64,000 nucleotides of DNA from NCBI GenBank assembly GCA_964016885.1, contig OZ024740.1, positions 366,854,001 through 366,918,000 of the forward strand, read 5' to 3'. This DNA comes from Eledone cirrhosa (Eukaryota). Numbering within the stretch: position 1 is the stretch's first letter; every line of letters starts with the position of its first letter. Of this stretch, positions 54,946 through 64,000 are shown in pieces. The position numbers and the translations under genes are program-made. The notes beneath the pieces were generated by a model, which saw nothing but the letters and a program-made list of their open reading frames with translations, did not search any database and was not told where the DNA came from.

Positions 54946-57900
54946 GTAAGAATTTTTTGAAACTTAACTGCATTTATTTGAATCTATTTCTTTTTCCTGA
55001 AACGCTTTGTCTCATCCTGCTTTTCACTATTTTTGTTTTATATTTTCCCCTCACAACAGGCCACTATCTTTAGGCTCTTTCCAATCCCGTATTCTTTTTC
55101 AATTTAGTAACTCTTTGCTAATTTGCCAACTCTCAATGCCATTGAAAATATATCCGACTTCGGTTGGACTAACTTCTCTAGACAACTATTGTCATGTTTA
55201 CCCTGCACCAATATTAACAACCTGTCAGAGAATCTCTGTGCAGTCAGTCGCCGATTAGAAATAGCAGCCAAATGTTCCCCAGGTTATACCCCACAGTCTT
55301 AAATAAAGGTTATATTAGACAATGTAGAATTATATATATAAAATTCTACATTGAAGGTTAGAATGGTTAGAATGTTGTTTTTGACCATAGATTTTTTATC
55401 AACTCTGACCTAAGGTTCAATGACAACTTCACCTCGTAGACTTGGAATTTGTGATAATTTTGCAAATTTACTGAAAAACAGTGAAAGATTGAGACTGCCG
55501 GGACCACTCAGTATACATTCATATTCCTGCAAAAGATTTACGCTTACTGTACTGCTGTTGGAATAAACATGAGTTGCTTAAAACCTAGTATATTTTTGGA
55601 GGAATATATTAAAGTTTCGTTTTGTTAGATTATCCCATGAATCACAATAGCTAGCAATGTCTACACAACGCACATTTTTGGCAAGGATTACTGTTGTTAT
55701 ACTCAAGTATTTTCACATTTTATCGGATCGAACAACTATTGCAACTGTATTTGTCAATAAACTGGTATTTACGTTGTAAATTCGGTAAAATAACTATCCA
55801 AAAAGAGCAACGGCCACAGAATTATATGACATAAAACTTTCATGAAAGTGAGTCATTAGTTAGATTTTATCCTATTTGATACTTGCATATTATGAAAGTT
55901 TTGGAGATATCATTCTATAAAATACTCCGTTGGAAAAGTGAGCACAGCACTGGAAAAGTAATATCTAAAACTCAAGTCCACCGCGGACTAACCAATGAGG
56001 GAGTTTCTTCGTAGTCGTTCGACTTCCTAGAAAAAAAAACAAAAAACAAAAATAAAACAGCCAAATATCGTATTCAAACTCTACCGTTTCAAAAATAGAA
56101 AGAAGAACTGGATTATTTAGTCCTTGGTATACTATCTCTCTGAGAGAAATTAATTGGATGATCACGTCTGAAATGTTTTTGATGATAAATCTGGGACTAA
56201 ATACCAGCATCCTCTCTAGAGTCTAGAGATTATTTATGTTTCACCACCAGTCCATCTATTTATATCCTTCATATTCCTGGGATATACAAAAAAAAAAAAT
56301 GCAATTTAAGAAGCAGTTGCCCTGAGTAATAACGATAATTAATTAAGGGTCTGCGACCCAACTCTCATGTGAAGTGATAAGGGCTGAGGAAAGAGCGGAA
56401 GGTATAAATGATGTTGCACTGGTATGGAGAGAGAACCGACTAGTGTCATAGTTAGCATTTATTAGCACCATAGACGTAAAAATAGCTGAAACGCCGAAGG
56501 AAGAGGCATCTACTTCATGTGGTGGTAGCGAATTGGTTTGGCATTCGACTACGGTAAGGCTTTGTGAGTAACTGATAGAAATTATGTAATTTTGTATAAG
56601 TAAGAAATACTCAAAACATGTGCAATGCTTTGATTCTTAGTTGAAGGCTTTACTATTCCACTGAATTGTTGTAAATGTTCACATCAAAGGAAAAGATGTG
56701 GTTGAGAAACACGTTTAACCGAAAACGGGATGACGTTCTGCAAACTTGTGTAAAAAGTACAATATTTAATATTTGGAAACTTTCATTTCGTTAATCCTTT
56801 CATCTTAATTAATCTTTCTTTTCCAATTTTGTTCCTTTTTGTTTCAATTTTTCTTCTCGAATTTATCCTCTGTATATTGACATTATCTATTTCCTTTCTT
56901 CAGTTTTCTTCAACTAGGAATGCTTCTTCAGAAACTTTCAGCACTGGAACCCCCTTTCTTCAAAATTTTTTCCATATATGCAAGCTCAAAAAGAGTAAAT
57001 ACATATCTAATGTTCTTTATACTTGGCCAGTGTTACAGTGTTCATGTTGGACCATAATCTTCAAGGTTTAAATCATATCAACTCTAGTATTTAGTTTGTT
57101 ACTTATTTTATCGACCTCTTTTTATCAAATCCTTCTTAATGTAAAGGAACAGTACTCAATCCTAATGGATATTTGCGATTTATACGTATATAAATAACGA
57201 GACGGAAAAGATAGAGGAAAAATAATATTAAAAATATGTTTTGCTCCCAATAACGCATATTCAGTTCAACCGAATGCTAGAGATATCGCTGCTGCTTATA
57301 TCTACTAAAATTGTATTTATTATAATTATATATAAAATAATATAGAATATTATTATAAGTGTACCACATCTACGTAGTCATTTAACATGCGAGAAAGTTC
57401 CAGGAAATTGCACTATAATGTCTTAAAATAAAGAAAGACACATTACCAAAGGACACTTTAATATTAAGAAAATGTGTTCAAACGCCTTTGATTTTAAGAA
57501 TTGAGGTGCAACGGAGAAGAAAGCACACTTATGCATGTAAGGACCGCACCTCAAGTCGTCTGACACTTGTACTTTTAAGCTTATAGATTTATATATCAGC
57601 TTTTTCTAAAATAAAAAAGTTAGAAAATAATCTTATATAAACGGTTATGTATGGACGCTCCATGTCGTAGGCCACTGATTTTTTTTTTCACGTTAGCATA
57701 AATTTACTTAAGGGCTCATCTTTTCAATGCAAAAGTCACATGCTGTGTGGATTTTTCTGAAATTTGTGTTTTCTTTTGTTTGTGATAGAAAAACTAAAAA
57801 TATTGTATTCCTTCAAGCAATAAAATACACATTAGAAAAAGTTGATGTTTAGAAATATAATTTATCTAGACTAATTATCAGTATTATTACAATATTTTGG

Positions 57901-58773
57901 ATCTAAAAAACATTCCAAGAAAACAAAATATAAACATAAGAGAAAAATATTTTATATTATATATTTTTTGTGCATTTTCATGAGGTTATCTTTATTTTAA
58001 CTATTAATAAATTCAGGTGAGGCCGGGAACGGTTGTTACTGATACACAACTTATAATTGGATGTTAAATTGAATGAAATCCAAGTATTAGAACATGTTCG
58101 TCTTTTAGAAAAAAGTAGATGAAGGATTAGAAGACACAATATAGTGTCAGACAATTTACGTTGCAGTATTTAGTCGTACCCTTTTACGTTTGGAGTTAAA
58201 ACTCTGCCGAGGTCGATGAAGTAAAGTATCAGTTAAGTACTAGAGTCATTTGAACCGATTACAAAAATTCTCAATAATTTAATTTTCAAGTCTGTCAAGA
58301 GGTATTAATTTTTTCTTTTGATGGGGCGGATGGGAATTATGCACAAACATCAGAAATGTATTAAAAGTAACATATTGCTTGACTATATGGAATTGCACTA
58401 TTTACATAAAAATATTCTTTTGCTTGCCTCCTCAAATTTTTCCGAGTATTTCAGATCGATTCTCTTTAGAAATTCTGTCAATTCTAATAAACAGCATGCC
58501 GAGGATGATTCTTCTTTTTTCTTCAATTTTTTCTTTTCCTTCTTCATCTTTTTCTTATTATTTTTCAGTTAATATGAATACTTACTCTATTATACATTCT
58601 TAATTTTGTTCTTTATCTTTATGTTTGAAATGTTATTTTCGTTTAGCATCTGTAAGATATTCAATAATATTTAGCTATAAGATTATTACTAATATAGATA
58701 AATAAATTATATTTTAAAATAAAAATTATTCTAATAAACATTGTTGCGATATTTACTATTGTTTGATTTTCGC

Positions 58774-58844
<71 letters not shown>

Positions 58845-59735
58845 TTATTGTTTTGTGAGAGATTATTTTCGTAATTGCTTTTATGTCTAGTTTGCTAACG
58901 TGTAATTTAGAAAATATATGTTTTAATATTTGTCTCCGTCTCTATGCAATGCGCAACTTCTCACCATCGGTTGCATCACATTAGGAGTTGTATTGTTAGT
59001 AAAAGTAAGAGTTTATTATTATTATTTATTAGAAAAGTTTTTTTTAATTCACTTCGCTTTTAACATTTCGGAATTGTGGTGATAAAAACAGGGCCGTATT
59101 TTGGGTGCGTCTATCATAAAGGAAGTTGACTGATGATTCACCTTACCAAAAGTCATAATTTCAACCCTGAGTCTCCTTATTTCTTTCGGCAAATTGTTTC
59201 AGACTACATTGCTTCAGTTCATATAGCTGTCCAGAATATGCACCAGATTTAATTGTCTTGGACTTCATTGCAATGAAGCCCAATTGTGAATGCTGGTTCA
59301 CAAACCCTGACTGACTGTTGGTGACTACAACAGTTCAGACCACGCTAAACACATTAACCATATGTTATTTATCAATATGTATATAAATTACTTGGCGAAG
59401 TGAGTTTCTCATCAAAGCTGAACTGGGCAATTGTAACATATTTCTGTTACAATTTTTACAACCGTCCAAATCCAGATCACCATTTCTGTTATTAAACCTG
59501 TCCGATATTATCGAGGAAGATAAAAAAAACCTCGATGATCTGAAGTTTCAGACTGGTTTTTATTTCCAGTTTAGGCCATTCACTTAAGTTGTGGAGCTTA
59601 TTCCCCAAACTTAAACGCGAACCTCCCTATTGGTAGATAAATGTTGTTATTGTAATGAAATTAATATTATTGTTGTCGTTATGTTTTTGTATATGTTATA
59701 ATTGTTTGTTCAAAACTAACTTATCTAATTTTTAG

Positions 59736-59762
59736 GGAGCCGGTCGAAGTTCCCAGCAACGA
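59736..59762 (+). CDS. Micro-exon, 27 nt, phase 2-2 (EPVEVPSN)
   Basis: actaac (branch-point-like) ttatctaatttttag|GGAGCCGGTCGAAGTTCCCAGCAACGA|gtaagt. Confidence 0.85.
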
Positions 59763-60494
59763 GTAAGTTAGTGACAACATTAGTTAATTTTATTTTTACA
59801 TAAAAATAAATTCTACTTTCTTATTCATTATGTGTTGTTGTTGTTGCTGTTGTTGTTGTTTACAACGTTTTGGTTAATTACCATCTCTTTATCATTGTCG
59901 TTATCCTCTTCCTCATCAACCAATTTTTTTTCACCATTGTCATTGTCTATCATTAATATAATCAGCTGCTTTAAAACAATTTATCATTATCATCATCTTC
60001 TTCGTCGTCGTCGTCGTCGTCGCCGTTGTTGTTGTTGTTGTTAAAATAATAGTTATAACAAAACTGTTCCTCTTTTTGCATCCTCATCATTTTATCCTCA
60101 CATCTTACTCAAATTCTCATATTCCGTATATTTTCAAGAATTATTTGTGAGTATGTGTGTTTCTAGTGTTATTTTACCCGACCCCAGTATTGTTTCTGTC
60201 ACCAGAAATATCGGTGGTGTCAATGAAAACTATATTAAAAACTATATTAATACGTCAGCCATTAATTTAATAAGACAGACTATAGTGTACGTTCTAATTA
60301 TGTAATGAAACAATATTTTTGACATAATATTTTGTAAATTACGTGCAAGTAATTCGATAGTATATTTCCATTACCATGTTAATTTCAATTTACTTCAAAT
60401 GTAATAATTTTACAAGGTGGGCGTCTTAAAGAAATGTGGTGAAACCTCAGTGAGGCGAGTAACACAAGCGGGTTTTCGATAAAAGACAATAATA

Positions 60495-60675
60495 ATTATT
60501 TCTACTTTTGGCACAAGGCCAGCAATTATTCCAGTGCATTACTGGTACTTGATTTTATCGACCCCGTACGGATGACAGGCAAAGTTAATCTCGGTAGGAT
60601 TTGAACTCAGACCGTAAAGGGACGTAACTCTATGCTGCAAAGCATGTCATCCGACTCTGTACTGATACTGCCAAA
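60495..60675 (-). mobile_element. SINE family A, near full length, intronic
   Basis: Reverse-complement tail, body, ggatttgaactc and gatactgcca. Confidence 0.9.
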
Positions 60676-61107
60676 GGAAGTCACTTCAATTGTTTTATAT
60701 TTTATCTTTTGTTTATTGTATATTACGAGCTTGCACGTTTGTAACAGGGCAATGACCACTTCACAGCATGTATGATAATGAATGTGACAAGGGTTCTTTG
60801 TTACTCGTTTCAAAGTAGATATTGCAAGAGACCTCATTCGAAAACACCCAACCTGTATGTAGCCAACTGTATTGTTGTGAAGCGAAATTCATAGCCTCAC
60901 AGTAGCCATGATGCTCATCCATACATACAGCATTAATATTCTGAAAAAAGAAAAAAAACATTCGAAAACACTTCGTTCGTCATATCATTTATATACCCTG
61001 TGCTTACGTAATAAATTGTTATCCTTTAAATTGTTGTTGCTGATGTTGTTGTTGTTGGTTTTGTGCTGATGATTGTTGTACAAAAGTAACACCTTATTTA
61101 ATTTTAG

Positions 61108-61134
61108 GGAAACACCCGAAGTTCCCACCATCGA
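61108..61134 (+). CDS. Micro-exon, 27 nt, phase 2-2 (ETPEVPTI)
   Basis: ccttatttaattttag|GGAAACACCCGAAGTTCCCACCATCGA|gtaagt; paralogous to 59736-59762. Confidence 0.85.
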
Positions 61135-61288
61135 GTAAGTCCTTTCATGCAATATTAATTCATTTGTATTTATGTATCTGTCACTTTCTTTATAATTACG
61201 CACTTTACCTTCGTATGTTCCTTCCTTCATATTTTCTTTAATGTTGTTGTTGGTGCTGCTGTTTTTTTGTTGTTTTTGTTTTACCTCA

Positions 61289-61381
61289 TTCTTCTTCTTC
61301 TTCTTCTTCTTCTTCTTCTTCTTCTTCTTCTTCTTCTTCTTCTTCTTCTTCTTCTTCTTCTTCTTCTTCTTCTTCTTCTTC
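61289..61381. repeat. (CTT)n microsatellite
   Basis: Direct reading. Confidence 0.95.
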
Positions 61382-63208
61382 CAGTTATGTAGCTTTTTGG
61401 GTAACCAGACCCGCTAACAGAAAAGACTGCCGTCTTTTAGCGCTGATCAAGTAGAGACATTCTAGTCGTGATCAATACAACTTGGTTTTTTCTGATGACA
61501 GCATGTCGTTTGACAGAGATTTTCTTGGTTGCAATTTCTAGTAAGTCAAATGATCTTGTAGGAGCTCTCTTGCTGGCTAATTTTGTTATATATTCATAGT
61601 ATAGTGCGTTCTTCATCTCAGTGGAAATCCTGGTGTCATATCTACAGGAAATTAAAAATTAATGTGAAATGTATGGGAAATAGAATTCTACTGAACCTAT
61701 TTATGTAATCTATATAATGTTTCAACCATTTCCTTTCACATCTCTTAGCCTTTAAACCTTCAAACCATTTAATCGACTCTCGCTTTCTATCTGCTTATAT
61801 CTCTCTCCATCCAGCTTTCTCTCTATCTGTCTGATATATCTGAATGTCTATATATATATATGTCAAATTATGTTTCTTTCCTTTTCATCTCTACCTATTT
61901 ATCTGTTTGTCTATCTAAATTACATATACGTGTCTATTCATTGAACTATCTATCTATCATCTATCTTATCTATCCCATCTACTGGTCTGTACACAACTCA
62001 CTAACTCATCGATTTATTGAACATTTTCACTGATTCTGTTTTTAAACGTCATATATACATATATGCATATGTATTATATGCATACACTCTTACAGATGCA
62101 CACCCTGGCATATGTATTTTACGCTTTTTTTACCAACCAGTATAGCATGTTTTTATTAATTCTTGAAATGCACTTTTTTATTTATCTCAAGAACTCTTAC
62201 CACATTTTTCCAGGCAATTTTAGATAAAAAAGGAAACCTTTCACTGCTTTGTAATATTTCCTCCTTACCCACCATTATTACCCTCACAAATACGAGTAGT
62301 ATAATTGCCACTATTAATACTGTTATTTATTGTAATATTTGCTCTTGATGTAATTTTTATTTTCTTTAAAACATTGATTTTCCAGTTATTCACCATTAAT
62401 TTCTGTGTCATTCACTCCCAGGGCGCATGGCAACACTTGCTACTCTCTTTCAACGAAATGATTGTTACCTTTTCGATCCCTTCTTTAATTATACATTAAA
62501 ATTAACTCTTCTTTGAACACTTTCTTTAAAACAAAAGAAAAAGAAAAGAGAAATTCCACTTCAAGTATTTTATCATGTCAGTATTGTTGCAAGCCGAGTT
62601 CGGCTGCGGCGACATTTGAACTCTGAATTTAAAAAAACGGGGAAGAAAAAGAATGAAAAGAAATTAAACAAATATCTTGAATGGGAATTAGGACGATAAC
62701 TATTCTGTGAAGCAATACAGAATAAGTTTTATAAGATAATTTACAGGAAAACAAAAAAACGCAGATATCAATAAAGATATCGTGATTGTTGCTTTCCGTC
62801 TGTAACTTATGTATGAAAAGCTTACGATAGTCCTAATATCCGAAATTTTACTCATTCCGCGTTAACGCTAGATTAATCAAAACGTACTAAATTGTCCTCA
62901 TAGACGGACGGTGATAAAAACAATCGAAGTTTTGTAGAAAGTAGCCGATGTCCAGGTGTATAGAAAGAAATGTTGCACTTTAAGTGTGATTACCCACCAT
63001 TGTTGTTAAACTTTCTATTTATTTTTTTCTTCTTTTTCAGTCATAGACTTTAGTTTTCTTATAATAGATTTCTATTTATCTTTTTCTTCTTTACTATGAC
63101 TGATGCGACATGTTTACTTGAATTATCTATCATCATAAGAACTTAATTTTGTAGACTTTCTTTTACTTTTTTAACTTTTCTTGATCACCTTTTCTTTTAG
63201 AATGTCGC

Positions 63209-63548
<340 letters not shown>

Positions 63549-64000
63549 TTTTTTCTGTTGTCTAGTTTCATTTACACATAAGAAATTATTTCCTCACTAA
63601 AGTATAATCTAATTTGCATTGGGCAATTTCTTTTCTTGTATTTTTTTTATTTGTATTTATAGTCATATTATAGACATTGCTGCAAACTTTGAGATAACGA
63701 GGGTGAATATTGGCTGGAATTGAATCATGCTTAGTTAAAGATATGTAGGAGGCAGGCAATGAAGTAGAAAGCTACAAAAAAAAAAAAGAAAGAAAGACCC
63801 ACAACAAAAAAAACGAATTCATTGTAAAGCAACAAAATATGCAAATTGACATTAAGATAGTTAAGTCTTTTGTGCTCTTGCTTGTTTAGTAATGTACTTG
63901 ATATAAACAGATATTTTATTTATCCTCTCACTATTTCTTTCGTGACTAGTTATTATGAATAAGAGATAAGAATAGAAAGTAAAAGAAAAAGTACTAAGAA

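Noticed and set aside
56480-56570. AETPKEEASTS peptide resembling the micro-exon repeats
   Set aside because: No pyrimidine-rich acceptor or phase-matched donor; the region may be a decayed retroelement but is too degenerate to call.
47787-61134. Naming the micro-exon gene as troponin T or a titin/PEVK protein
   Set aside because: Only architectural and compositional resemblance; no conserved domain lies inside the window, so no gene symbol was assigned.
62096-62113. 18-nt phase-2-compatible segment (CTPWH)
   Set aside because: Weak donor (gtattt), no leading Glu codon and unlike the array in composition; probably chance.

Overview
Very AT-rich, repeat-dominated eukaryotic (animal) DNA, not prokaryotic. 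The kilobase-scale (TA)n/(CA)n/(TAG)n microsatellites and the tRNA-derived SINE families point to an octopus-type cephalopod genome (inference). Almost every ORF in the supplied track is a microsatellite translation artefact. Recognisable content: many SINE copies from at least three families, decayed non-LTR retrotransposon fragments (R4/Dong-like RLE, CR1/L2-like RT, Tx1-like 3' end), a non-autonomous Helitron, and foldback elements carrying hammerhead-ribozyme cores (Penelope-like). The main hidden signal, missed by the ORF track, is a + strand micro-exon gene at about 47.7-61.1 kb. A candidate start exon is followed by six strong, symmetric phase-2 micro-exons of 18-27 nt (AG|NGAR...|GTAAG) that splice into an acidic Glu/Pro-rich repeat peptide, MINITFYHEEQQVEESPASGFMESTEESGQIETAQEPAPMEPVEVPSNEETPEVPTI(E/D). 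No stop is reached, so the gene probably continues beyond the window. Exon calls come from reading the sequence only and need RNA evidence.
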